This document shows, in pieces, positions 23,460-31,893 of a stretch of DNA of 32,000 bases (the stretch's first letter is position 1; each line of letters starts with the position of its first letter). Both the position numbers and the translations under genes were made by a program. The DNA comes from Bacteriovoracia bacterium (lineage in GTDB: Bacteria > Bdellovibrionota > UBA1018 > JBFWNL01): assembly GCA_050251055.1 (NCBI GenBank), contig JBFWNL010000002.1, forward strand, positions 223,814 through 255,813, in the 5' to 3' direction. The notes beneath the pieces were generated by a model that worked only from the letters and a program-made list of their open reading frames with translations, did not search any database and was not told where the DNA came from.

Positions 23460-25580
23460 TTACTCTACCGTAACCAACAAAGCGAACGGTTGCTTACCTG
23501 CCTTGCCCTGAGGAACGTTCACGCCCTGAACGGTAACGACGTACTCGCCAGCGGCCAAACCACTCAGCTCCAGCATCTCGTGGTTATTCACTCGATCCGC
23601 TAGCTGCATTTTTTTCCCATCCGCGCCCGTCACGACCAAGTCGAGGTCGTTTACCAACGCCTTGGCCGCCATCGAGGCCCCTGGGGCATCGGTGTACACA
23701 AGCGTCGCCCGGAGCTTGCCCGCCGCCCCCACCTCCACCGTGATATCCTTGCGCTCGCCCACGCCCACGCCCGCGGTCTCATCCACGAATTGGGTTTCCG
23801 CCAAGTTCGTCGCTTGATCCATATCCACCCGGCCGTAGCCTTCGTGGATGTTCGGCCGCCGTTTTGGCAATTCCTGGGTGCTTCCTTCCCCGTACTGACC
23901 CGGAAACAGGTCCTTAGCAGAATGGAGCAACGCCGCCTTCACGATCGCCGCCGACGGATTCGCGAGCTTACGGTCCTTGATGAGGTACTCGCGCACGACC
24001 GTGGCCGCGCCCGCCGTCAGCGGGGTAGCCATCGAGGTACCGCCGGCGTAAACGTAGTTATCGTCGTAGGCACCCCAAAGCAGGCCCGCCTTCGGGTGCT
24101 TGGAGCGGGTGCTGACGATGTTCGTGCCTGGCGCCACGATTTCGGGCTTCAGACGGCCGTCATTCGTCGGACCACGCGAGCTGAACGCCGCGATCCCGTT
24201 TGGATTGTTCGAAAGCGTGTCGGACTTCAGCGGCTCGACGCCCCACTTCGTGGCGCCATCGCGCAGTTCACCGTGAGGCTTTTGAATGCCTCCTTGCCCC
24301 AACAGATTTTCCGAAGCGCCCACCGTCAACACGTTCTTCGCCGTACCGGGGGAACCAATCGAGTTTTCATCGATGCGCCCGTTCTTGTCTTTGTCCTGAC
24401 CGCTATTTCCGGCCGCAAAGAGCACGAGCATGTCGGGATTGTTCCACATGAAGGTATCCACTCGCGAAGCCATGGTCTCGTAGGCCCCGAAGTTCGTGGC
24501 CATGCCCCACGAATTGGAATGAATGCGCGCGCCCTCTTTATAGACGGTGCCCAACAAATCGTCGAAGTTCATGCTCCACGCGATGTTGTCAATCACCGGG
24601 CTCCAGATTCCTTCTGGCAAAAAGGAAGCCCCATAGGCACCGCCGCGCAGGATATCTTTGGACATCTTGCCATTGCCGACGATCGAACCCGCCACGTGCG
24701 TGCCGTGTCCGTTGGTGTCCTGCCAGCTCGATGAACCCAGACCTTTAGCGTAGCCCTTTTTCACCGCCGAAAGATCCGTGTGGTTCTTCGCGGTATCCCC
24801 CATATCGAGACCGGTATCGGCCATCGAGGCCGTCTGACCGGCGCCCGTCCAGCCACGGGACCAAGCGGCGTCGAAGTTCATGATCTTCGTCCCGCTTTCG
24901 TAGCCATTGAGCGGAATCGGATCGGCCCGAAATCCGGAAATGCGGGATTCAAGATCGCCCGTCATATCGAAAGCAAACGTTTCCAGGTGCGGAACCTCCT
25001 GCACCCACTGCACGCCCGAAAGATTGGCCACTTCGGCAAATGCCTCGGCTTCTACGCGCGCCACCAGGTCCAGGCCGCGCACTTCCACTTGTGAAACACC
25101 CGTCACACGGGCCAGGCGAGCCGCAAGTTCCCAAGACGATTGGCCTGGCCATACCGTAATCAGGACGACGGGCGATTCGGGAGCGTGAAACCCATTCTGC
25201 GGAGAGGCGAAGAGCGATGGGCTAAGTTTCCACTCACCCTTGAACTCCGAAACCGCGCGAACATTTGTTAACGCTCCGACGACCGTGCCCGCCGCGCCCG
25301 AAGGGCCGCGCACCAGGTAAGCATCGTCCGGCAGATAACCCAAAATCACCAAGCCTTCCGCTTCCAAGCCGGTTCGATCGGCGGCTTGGATCGTCGACTG
25401 GAACTGCACGACGAAAACCCGCTCATCATCTAAGAGGGACGGCCCGGCTTGCTGCAGGACTTCGGCGCTTTCATCACGCAAAGCTACGTCGCCGCGAAGC
25501 AGATGGAGAGTGTCTCCCGCCACCGCCGTCAGCCCGAACTGCGTTCCGAAAATTAAAGTCGCCGCGAGAATTTTTTTCAT
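23460..25580 (-). CDS. Secreted subtilisin-like serine protease, peptidase S8 with C-terminal P/PPC-like domain (706 aa)
   Basis: The signal peptide is MKKILAATLIFGTQFGLTAVAG. Catalytic blocks are SMADTGLDMGD (Asp), NGHGTHVAGSIVGNG (His), FAAGNSG (Asn) and AGGTSMATPLTAGAATV (Ser). The C-terminal beta-sandwich-like region reads ATLVYTDAPG...LVNDLDLVV...GEYVVTVQG. Confidence 0.95.
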   Translation of the reverse strand: MKKILAATLIFGTQFGLTAVAGDTLHLLRGDVALRDESAEVLQQAGPSLLDDERVFVVQFQSTIQAADRTGLEAEGLVILGYLPDDAYLVRGPSGAAGTVVGALTNVRAVSEFKGEWKLSPSLFASPQNGFHAPESPVVLITVWPGQSSWELAARLARVTGVSQVEVRGLDLVARVEAEAFAEVANLSGVQWVQEVPHLETFAFDMTGDLESRISGFRADPIPLNGYESGTKIMNFDAAWSRGWTGAGQTASMADTGLDMGDTAKNHTDLSAVKKGYAKGLGSSSWQDTNGHGTHVAGSIVGNGKMSKDILRGGAYGASFLPEGIWSPVIDNIAWSMNFDDLLGTVYKEGARIHSNSWGMATNFGAYETMASRVDTFMWNNPDMLVLFAAGNSGQDKDKNGRIDENSIGSPGTAKNVLTVGASENLLGQGGIQKPHGELRDGATKWGVEPLKSDTLSNNPNGIAAFSSRGPTNDGRLKPEIVAPGTNIVSTRSKHPKAGLLWGAYDDNYVYAGGTSMATPLTAGAATVVREYLIKDRKLANPSAAIVKAALLHSAKDLFPGQYGEGSTQELPKRRPNIHEGYGRVDMDQATNLAETQFVDETAGVGVGERKDITVEVGAAGKLRATLVYTDAPGASMAAKALVNDLDLVVTGADGKKMQLADRVNNHEMLELSGLAAGEYVVTVQGVNVPQGKAGKQPFALLVTVE

Positions 25581-25607
25581 CTTCTATTCCTTCAGGTTTG
25601 GTTCTCT

Positions 25608-25628
25608 CTGATCCCCGTAGTGGATCAG
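25608..25628. promoter_or_regulatory. Inverted repeat CTGATCC-N7-GGATCAG in a divergent promoter gap
   Basis: The arms are 7 bp. The loop CCGTAGT plus the adjacent GG reproduces the octamer CGTAGTGG also found in the 23415-23438 hairpin. It sits in the 123-nt gap between the S8 start (25580, -) and the barrel gene start (25704, +). Confidence 0.3.
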
Positions 25629-25703
25629 GAAAAAGGGAAAATTCAAAGGGGGTGAGAGAATTTTTTCTTTACAGATGTTAACGCGGGGCCATACCTTTTC
25701 CCC

Positions 25704-26231
25704 ATGAACCGCAACCCATTCTCAGTATTCGCCGCGGCGCTAACCTGCTTCGCATCCATCACGCTTGCCACTGCGGCACCCACCCAGGCGGCAGCGGAAG
25801 CCAGCGGATTTTCCGCTAACGCCGCGCGCTCAACCGAGCTTGGCCTCATCATCGGAGAGCCGCTTGCTCTCTCGGGAAAATTCTGGATGGGCAATAACGC
25901 GATTGGCGCGGGACTAGGCTACTCCTTCAATAGCTATCTGCTGATTTTCGGAGATTACCTTTGGCACTTTCCCGGCTTATTCGGATCGCGTCATGAGTTT
26001 CTATCGCGCTTGCTGCCGTACGTTGGCGTAGGGGGTTACTTTGGCTTCTCGACGGATCGTCGCTCGCAGATGACCAACGGCGCTGCCGCATTGCGCATTC
26101 CCTTCGGCGCCGAGTACATCTTACCAAAGGCCCCCGTGTCCTTTACCTTAGAACTGGTTCCCGGCATCCGACTCGCGCCCAGCACGGGCGTTATCCTTCA
26201 GGGCGGCTTGGCCATCCGCTACTGCTTCTAG
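25704..26231 (+). CDS. Small outer-membrane beta-barrel-like protein (175 aa)
   Basis: The signal peptide is MNRNPFSVFAAALTCFASITLATAAPTQAAA. Gly/aromatic strand patterns include GAGLGYSF, LLPYVGVGGYFGF and FTLELVPGIRL. The C-terminus GGLAIRYCF ends in Phe, as an OM beta-signal would. Confidence 0.65.
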   Translation: MNRNPFSVFAAALTCFASITLATAAPTQAAAEASGFSANAARSTELGLIIGEPLALSGKFWMGNNAIGAGLGYSFNSYLLIFGDYLWHFPGLFGSRHEFLSRLLPYVGVGGYFGFSTDRRSQMTNGAAALRIPFGAEYILPKAPVSFTLELVPGIRLAPSTGVILQGGLAIRYCF

Positions 26232-26314
26232 TTTTTAAAAACTCGGGAAAAAATGCGGCACCCGAAGCCGGTCGGCATATACGTGACCTTGGATGGCGCG
26301 AGCGGGCGCGGGAT

Positions 26315-26812
26315 CTAGCGGCCACTACTTTCCGGCGGCGTCTTCCGCCAACGGGTTTTCTTCTGGTTGAACGCCTCTAGCACGCGTCCTTCCAATATCT
26401 GCAGCTGTTCGCGCGCCGGCGGTTGCTTGAGGGCAATCTGCACGTAGAGATTACCGGGAAAGAGCGGAGCGTCCTTCGTCGGCTCCGGAAAAAAATACAT
26501 AAGGAATAGCGCTTCCGACTGGGCGCCCTTCGTGCGCACGCGGGTACGCGAGTCGATGCGGTCGGTGATCGACTCGCGGTAAGGCGCAAACTGGAACTTG
26601 GCCGGTGACTCCTGCTGAATGCGGGTGATCAATCCTTCGAGCGCCTCACTCAGCGTTTTTCCTTCGGCCTCCGCCCTCGTCTTCCAGTCGGAAGCGGGCG
26701 TCGTATCGGTGGGCATCAGTTGCAACCGAAAATGAGGTGCGGTCACGCTCGTCGCCTGATCGAACGTTTCCGCGCGCGTGAGCGCAAAACCCAAGAGAAT
26801 CATTGAAAGCAT
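26315..26812 (-). CDS. Hypothetical small exported protein (about 165 aa), last gene of a three-gene operon
   Basis: Internal starts are ATG 26812 (MLSMILLGFALTRA) or ATG 26803. ATG 26803 would form an ATGA overlap with the upstream stop (26800-26803). I recognise no family, and the C-terminus has a basic tail. The long upstream extension in the ORF track overlaps the neighbouring gene and is Arg/Gly-rich. Confidence 0.55.
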   Translation of the reverse strand: MLSMILLGFALTRAETFDQATSVTAPHFRLQLMPTDTTPASDWKTRAEAEGKTLSEALEGLITRIQQESPAKFQFAPYRESITDRIDSRTRVRTKGAQSEALFLMYFFPEPTKDAPLFPGNLYVQIALKQPPAREQLQILEGRVLEAFNQKKTRWRKTPPESSGR

Positions 26813-27291
26813 GCTTCTATCCTCAAACCGGTCATTAAGGGCAGACTCCCGCCGCCGGAATTCAAGAGTACGGCGCCCCGCCAGCCCACTTGCAGCTGAA
26901 CTTCCTCGCTTTGGTAAAAAGGAAGGCCCGCGACCACGCCCAGAACTGGGCCTGCCACCGACGAATTCACGCCAAATCCCCCGTCCGCGCCCAGGTAGGG
27001 CGAAGTGGTCCGACTCGCGTCGAAACGATATTGCAGCCCGAAGCTGAAGCTGACCAGGCTCCACTCGCGTTGGCCGACGAGATTCAATTCAAGATAGACG
27101 GGCGCTTTCGCGATCTCCCACCCGTAGGCCGCGGAAACCCAGAACTGCGCGCCGGGATCGTTGGCCTGGGTTACCCAGCCCGTGCCCAACCCGGCGTTAT
27201 AGTGTTGCGTCGGGAGAACGGCCTCGTCGCCCCGGGCGCCCGGTGCAAAGCTCAACGCCCAAGCCACGAGAAGGACCCCGCGCGATCTCAA
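26800..27291 (-). CDS. Small outer-membrane beta-barrel-like protein (163 aa)
   Basis: TTG 27291 overlaps the upstream stop (TTGA, 27288-27291). The signal peptide is MRSRGVLLVAWALSFAPGARG. Strand patterns include FWVSAAYGWE, VYLELNLVG, FSFGLQYRF and TTSPYLGADGGFGV. The C-terminus is GLRIEACFQ. Confidence 0.6.
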   Translation of the reverse strand: MRSRGVLLVAWALSFAPGARGDEAVLPTQHYNAGLGTGWVTQANDPGAQFWVSAAYGWEIAKAPVYLELNLVGQREWSLVSFSFGLQYRFDASRTTSPYLGADGGFGVNSSVAGPVLGVVAGLPFYQSEEVQLQVGWRGAVLLNSGGGSLPLMTGLRIEACFQ

Positions 27292-28178
27292 TTGAAAAAC
27301 ACCCCGAGACGCGCGCCCAGCACGTAAGGCGTAACCCCGTTCAAGTCCTTAAACAGGATCCCGGCCCGAAACCCCAAGTCTATATTCAAGGCGGTCGTCC
27401 GCAGCAGCTGTAGGCCCCCGCCACCACCGAGCACGAAACCCACGGTGCTGACTTCCGCGATTCCCATCCCGAAATCCGCGGATACGTATGGAGTGGTGCC
27501 ACGATCCGAGAAAAAGTAACGCCCGCCAATGCCAAAATCGACGAGGCTCGCGCGACTGAGGCTAGCCCAGTTCAAACCAATCGAGATCATCCAATCGTTG
27601 AGATCCCACGCGTAAGCGCCCGACAAGTAGTAAGCCAAGCCGGAATTCGCCGAAGACTTGAGATAGGCCGGGCCGAGGCCGAAATAATAACCCTTGCGCG
27701 CCGAGCGACGGTTTTGGCCCGCGGTGACTTCCGTTTCGGTCACGTCGCCCACGCGGGCGTCCGCGGCCGGCGCGACCTCGTTGATCACGGCCCGGGTTAA
27801 GCGCGATCCCACCTGATCGAGATCTTCGATGCGGGCCGCTTTCATCTGGGCGGAATAAGCCACCTTGCCGTCGCGAATTTTCTCCAAGGTCATGACGTAG
27901 GCGCCACCCAACCTCAAAAGCCGCGGGCGCAGACGATACTGCGACTCGCCGGCCTCGGAAACCGCGCGGTGCGAACCACTGCTCGCCACGGCGACGCGGA
28001 CGAGCTCGGTGGTGGCGTCCAGATCGCTGCTAGGAACTCCCGCGCCGGTGGCGCGCTCGACGAAAATTTCGTCGGCTAACCCCGGAACGCCGTCGAAAAC
28101 ATGGTATGTAGCGAGAATGCCGATCGCGAAAAAAAAGCTGAACCTTCTCCGATACGCCCTGTTTTTCTGGTTTTTCAT
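27288..28178 (-). CDS. Exported two-domain protein: N-terminal alpha/beta domain + C-terminal OM beta-barrel-like domain (296 aa)
   Basis: ATG 28178 follows GGGGG; an alternative ATG lies at 28190. The signal/anchor is MKNQKNRAYRRRFSFFFAIGILATYHVF. The C-terminal half has barrel-like strands (GYYFGLGPAYL, LAYYLSGAYAW, FGIGGRYFF, TTPYVSADFGMGI, LGARLGVFFN). The TTPYVSADFGMG motif is shared with the next gene's product. Confidence 0.65.
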   Translation of the reverse strand: MKNQKNRAYRRRFSFFFAIGILATYHVFDGVPGLADEIFVERATGAGVPSSDLDATTELVRVAVASSGSHRAVSEAGESQYRLRPRLLRLGGAYVMTLEKIRDGKVAYSAQMKAARIEDLDQVGSRLTRAVINEVAPAADARVGDVTETEVTAGQNRRSARKGYYFGLGPAYLKSSANSGLAYYLSGAYAWDLNDWMISIGLNWASLSRASLVDFGIGGRYFFSDRGTTPYVSADFGMGIAEVSTVGFVLGGGGGLQLLRTTALNIDLGFRAGILFKDLNGVTPYVLGARLGVFFN

Positions 28179-28746
28179 GAGTGCCCCCATTCTTGCGGAG
28201 GAACCCGGTAAAGTCAATTTACAGCGGCTCGCGATCAATCAAAAAGGCATGCTGGTACTCGGCGGGTGGGCGCTAGGCAATATCGCCACGGGCTTGGCGA
28301 TGCAAGGCAACGCAACCCAAGCCGACCACTACTTTCACCAAATGAACGTCCTTTGGAACACAGTGAATTTTGGATTGGCCACGTGGGGATACCTTCAGAA
28401 TCGAAACGAAGACGTCTCGAACTACACCTTGCGCCAGACCATCGAGAAAAATGAGGAAGTGCAGGGCGTCTTGCTCCTAAACGCCGGATTGGACGTAGCC
28501 TACATGGCCACGGGGGTGTGGCTCCATTCGCGTGGCGATCACGCGGGCGAAACCTTCGAATCCCAAGCCAAATGGCGAGGCTACGGACGCTCCCTGATCT
28601 TGCAGGGTGCATTTCTCTTGGTATTCGACGTCACCCTTTACCTCGTCCACCGGGGGAACCACCAGTCTTGGCTCGAAAGTGCTTTTGGAAAAACCACGGC
28701 CTTTCGGATCCAGCCAGACAGCATAACCTATAGTTTTTACTACTGA
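28117..28746 (+). CDS. Hypothetical membrane/exported protein (about 209 aa)
   Basis: ATG 28117 gives a signal-like MPIAKKKLNLLRYALFFWFFMSAPILA|EE. The alternative ATG 28177 has no RBS. The body has hydrophobic segments (GMLVLGGWALGNIATGLAM, VNFGLATWGYL, LLLNAGLDVAYMATGVW, LILQGAFLLVFDVTLYLV). The family is not recognised with confidence. Confidence 0.6.
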   Translation: MPIAKKKLNLLRYALFFWFFMSAPILAEEPGKVNLQRLAINQKGMLVLGGWALGNIATGLAMQGNATQADHYFHQMNVLWNTVNFGLATWGYLQNRNEDVSNYTLRQTIEKNEEVQGVLLLNAGLDVAYMATGVWLHSRGDHAGETFESQAKWRGYGRSLILQGAFLLVFDVTLYLVHRGNHQSWLESAFGKTTAFRIQPDSITYSFYY

Positions 28747-28777
28747 TTTTTATTACTTCCCCACGCCAAATCCCCAT

Positions 28778-28807
28778 TTGACGCTTCGCAGGCCTATCAT
28801 TTATATA
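28778..28807 (+). promoter_or_regulatory. Sigma-70-like promoter candidate for the cysteine-peptidase gene pair
   Basis: TTGACG (28778-28783), an 18-nt spacer, then TATATA (28802-28807). GGGAGA (28819-28824) lies 8 nt before ATG 28833. Confidence 0.4.
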
Positions 28808-28832
28808 GCAGCGCAACAGGGAGACGTTCGTT

Positions 28833-30182
28833 ATGAAATTCAGTTCACTTTTGATCCTGGCCACGAGCCTAGGTTTGTCCATCGCGCATGCCGACGAAAG
28901 AAAACTCTACGTCGGCAAGAACGCCACCGAGGCCTATCTGAACTTCCGCCACACCGTGGAAATCAATAGCCCCCGGGCCAATGAAGATGACGCCTACGAG
29001 GCGATCGAAGACCAGCTCCAGCACCTATTCGGCACCATGGCCGTCGCGGACCTGAAAGCCGTGCCGCGCGGGGCGCACGAGATCACCGATGTCCAGCTCT
29101 CGGTGAAGGACGGCAAGAAAACGATCGTAAGTTATCAGTATCGGGGTCTCATCGTGGTCGAACTCGCGAAAAGAGAAACTCCGGAGGCACCGCTAAAATC
29201 CTACACGGTGATCCTGCCGAACAATCCCGCGACGATTTATCGTTCGGCGATGGTGGGACGCTACAACCCCTGTACCGACGAGCACTATCAAGAAGAAGGC
29301 GATTTCTGGTATTTCTGGTCCCCGGCGCCGGCTAACCCGAAATGCCGACTGAAGGAGTGGGTGCACTACCGGAAAGTCACGGGCTCCCTCCAGAGAATCA
29401 AGAATACCACGCGCAGCTTCCCCGAATACGAACGGCTCACGTCAGCCGATGGCGTACTGCGTATTTCGCTGCTCATGGGCATGGATGATCCGGATTTGAA
29501 CCGCGATCCGAATGTCTCGGACGACGAGAACGCCCTGAACTTCCGGCCCATCAAAGCTTCGCTGCTCGAGCGCGGCTACCGCTCGCGCATCTGGTCCGGG
29601 TCCGAAATCAATCAGGTGGTGCCCGACCGGGCGGCAAACGATCGCGTCTACGTGGAAGAGTTCACGAAAACTTTCACCCGCAACGAAGTGACCCGCGCGA
29701 TCCGTCTGCGGATCTTCTTCGGACCGTCGGGCATTGACGAGGACAGCCGCAGCTTTCATTACTTCTTCAAGGACTCGCTCGCGAACGAGGCGATCATGAT
29801 GTACGACGGCCATAGCGGCCTGGGCGGGCACTTGGATCTGGCGGCGATCGAAGACCAGCACGGTTTCGAGTTCGCGCCGAACCAAAAGCAGTATCAGATC
29901 TACTTCTTCAATAGCTGCAGCTCGTACACGTACTATAACAGCATGTACTTCGGCCGAAAGAAGACCCAAACGGACCCCAAGGGAACGAAGAACCTCGACG
30001 TGCTCAATAACGGGCTCTCGACGTACTTCTCCGTCATGCACGACACGAACATGGCGCTCGTCCGGGCGGTGGAAGCCTGGGTCGAGACCGGCACGCGCGT
30101 GTCTTACCAAACGCTCGCCAACCAGATCGACAGCGACAACCTGTTTAGCGTCAATGGCGATGAAGACAACCCGAAGGAGTAA
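28833..30182 (+). CDS. Secreted protein with clan-CD-like (caspase/gingipain-fold) His/Cys dyad (449 aa)
   Basis: The signal peptide is MKFSSLLILATSLGLSIAHA. A hydrophobic strand plus His reads AIMMYDGHSGLGG (His327, 29811-29813). A hydrophobic strand plus Cys reads QIYFFNSCSS (Cys362, 29916-29918). The 35-residue spacing matches the pattern of clan CD cysteine peptidases. Confidence 0.75.
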   Translation: MKFSSLLILATSLGLSIAHADERKLYVGKNATEAYLNFRHTVEINSPRANEDDAYEAIEDQLQHLFGTMAVADLKAVPRGAHEITDVQLSVKDGKKTIVSYQYRGLIVVELAKRETPEAPLKSYTVILPNNPATIYRSAMVGRYNPCTDEHYQEEGDFWYFWSPAPANPKCRLKEWVHYRKVTGSLQRIKNTTRSFPEYERLTSADGVLRISLLMGMDDPDLNRDPNVSDDENALNFRPIKASLLERGYRSRIWSGSEINQVVPDRAANDRVYVEEFTKTFTRNEVTRAIRLRIFFGPSGIDEDSRSFHYFFKDSLANEAIMMYDGHSGLGGHLDLAAIEDQHGFEFAPNQKQYQIYFFNSCSSYTYYNSMYFGRKKTQTDPKGTKNLDVLNNGLSTYFSVMHDTNMALVRAVEAWVETGTRVSYQTLANQIDSDNLFSVNGDEDNPKE

Positions 30183-31785
30183 ACTCCTTCTCGCGTCATC
30201 CCTGATTTGGCTCGGCGGCGCCGTCCACCTCACCGTGGCCGCGGCGCCGCCCGCGTCAACGCCACCCACGCCCACGCGCTGGGAGCTTGCCGTTCTTTTC
30301 ATCGAATCGGGTGGCCCCGGGGCCCCGAACCGGGACGTCGACCCCGCCTTCCAGTCCGACATCGACCGGAACGTGATGGAGCTAGGCCGGATCGTCCCGA
30401 ACGAAAACCTACGCTTATCGATCTACCGGGAGTTCGCGGACCGCGCCGTTGAATATTTCGTGGACCCCGCCTCTGCCGAGCTGACGAACTGGGATCCGCT
30501 CTTTGCCCGGTCTCCCCTGCCCGGTTGGCAGGTGCCCGGAGGCTTCACGGTAACCCCGCGAAGCTCCCAAACGCCCACCCGCTTGCGGGAAAGGGAAGCT
30601 CTGCAGCGATTTTTCGCGCGCGCTTATCCGGACCCCTCCGCCAAGCGCGTCTTAGTGATTTACGCCCACGGCCTGGCGTTCGACGGGCTGCAGGTCATTC
30701 GCTTGAACGCGCTCAAAAAACAGCTGGCCGCCGCCCTCGCGGAGCGTTCGCTCGACATTCTTTGGCTGGATTCCTGTTTCATGGCGAACCTAGAAGCCCA
30801 GCTCGAGCTCGCCCCGCTCGCGCGCTACATCCTGGCGTCGGAAGAAGCCGAGTTTTCCGCCGGCACCCCATTCGACATCTTTCGTACGCTGGCGGCCGGC
30901 CCCGCCGACGTCGAGAAAGTCGCGATCGACTTCGCCACTCGTTTCATCGAAACCTATTCTTATTTGAAGCAAGGAAGCCAACGCCGCGCCGTCGAACGCA
31001 GCTCCGCCACGCTCAGCGTGGTGGATACGACCCGCTTGCGGGCGACCGTGCCCCTTTGGCAAACCTTGGCGCGGGAGCTCGGGCCGACGCGCCTGGGCGG
31101 CGAAGCCAAACGCGTGCTCAATCAGCAACTCGCCGCGAACCGGATGGAACGGCCTGACTTAGTCGACGCAGGTTCGATGCTACTCGCCGTGCGCCGGCTG
31201 AAACAATGGCCAAGCGAGGCCAAGCCCGCGATCGCCAAATCAGCGGACGCCCTGATTGAGACGATGGAACTCGCGCAGGCGGGAAAATTACATACGAATC
31301 CCCGCATTCACGTGGTCGCACCCAGGAAGGACACCACGCTCGTGTTCGGTTTCGAGGACTGGACGCGCGGGCACCGGGACGACACCGAGACACTGAAAAA
31401 AATTCCCCGCTCTATGCAACCCGCGACATTTGTCGGCGGTCCCGCCGACCGCGACTGGCCCGGCTTGACTGTGAATCAGGAACGTTACCTCACGCCGTTC
31501 GCGCCCGGGCTTCGGGAGTTCAGCTACTTTTTTGTCGACTCCCTCACCCTTCGTTTGCTCAGTGAACCGCAGTCCGTGACCCGCGACCGCGATTATGTGA
31601 TCTTCGCGGCGACCCATCCTGACAACCCCGTGCTTTTCGCCGGTTATACCCAGGGCATCGGCAAAACCGCCGAGCGTTACACGGGGTTGAATATGCTCGA
31701 CCCCACTTTAGGGATTACTTCCATTCACTACCTGGATACCGAGTTCTTCCGTCAAACCCACTGGGGCAGCTTCCCCCAACCGTAG
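30154..31785 (+). CDS. Clostripain-like cysteine peptidase, family C11 (543 aa)
   Basis: The start is ATG 30154 or 30160, overlapping the upstream gene's end by 23-29 nt. The signal peptide is SKLLLASSLIWLGGAVHLTVAAA. The blocks read WELAVLFIESGG, VLVIYAHGLAFDG (His172, 30667-30669) and LDILWLDSCFMANLEAQLELAPLARYILASEEAEFSAGTPFD (Cys208, 30775-30777). These closely parallel the C11 blocks (SHGTGW; ILFDACYMASVEVTYEL...ASPTE). Confidence 0.88.
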   Translation: MAMKTTRRSKLLLASSLIWLGGAVHLTVAAAPPASTPPTPTRWELAVLFIESGGPGAPNRDVDPAFQSDIDRNVMELGRIVPNENLRLSIYREFADRAVEYFVDPASAELTNWDPLFARSPLPGWQVPGGFTVTPRSSQTPTRLREREALQRFFARAYPDPSAKRVLVIYAHGLAFDGLQVIRLNALKKQLAAALAERSLDILWLDSCFMANLEAQLELAPLARYILASEEAEFSAGTPFDIFRTLAAGPADVEKVAIDFATRFIETYSYLKQGSQRRAVERSSATLSVVDTTRLRATVPLWQTLARELGPTRLGGEAKRVLNQQLAANRMERPDLVDAGSMLLAVRRLKQWPSEAKPAIAKSADALIETMELAQAGKLHTNPRIHVVAPRKDTTLVFGFEDWTRGHRDDTETLKKIPRSMQPATFVGGPADRDWPGLTVNQERYLTPFAPGLREFSYFFVDSLTLRLLSEPQSVTRDRDYVIFAATHPDNPVLFAGYTQGIGKTAERYTGLNMLDPTLGITSIHYLDTEFFRQTHWGSFPQP

Positions 31786-31792
31786 CGAATTG

Positions 31793-31830
31793 CAACAAGC
31801 TGGGCCGACGCGCGCCGTCGCAACTTGTTG
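31793..31830 (+). terminator. Compound hairpin downstream of the C11 gene
   Basis: CAACAAG (31793-31799) pairs with CTTGTTG (31824-31830). An inner CGACG/CGTCG stem is also present. ATATATTTA follows. Confidence 0.35.
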
Positions 31831-31893
31831 ATATATTTACGATTAGACGATGGCACCCCCCTTGCTCTACACTTAAGCAACAAGGAGAACCTT

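Noticed and set aside
23790-24734. 314-aa plus-strand ORF within the 706-aa S8 gene
   Set aside because: It is a shadow ORF antisense to a gene with a complete S8 catalytic signature. Its composition is Arg-rich.
29442-30362. 306-aa minus-strand ORF spanning the junction of the two cysteine-peptidase-like genes
   Set aside because: It lies antisense to two well-supported genes. Its product is Arg/Val/Ala-rich with no signal or motif, and no RBS precedes it.
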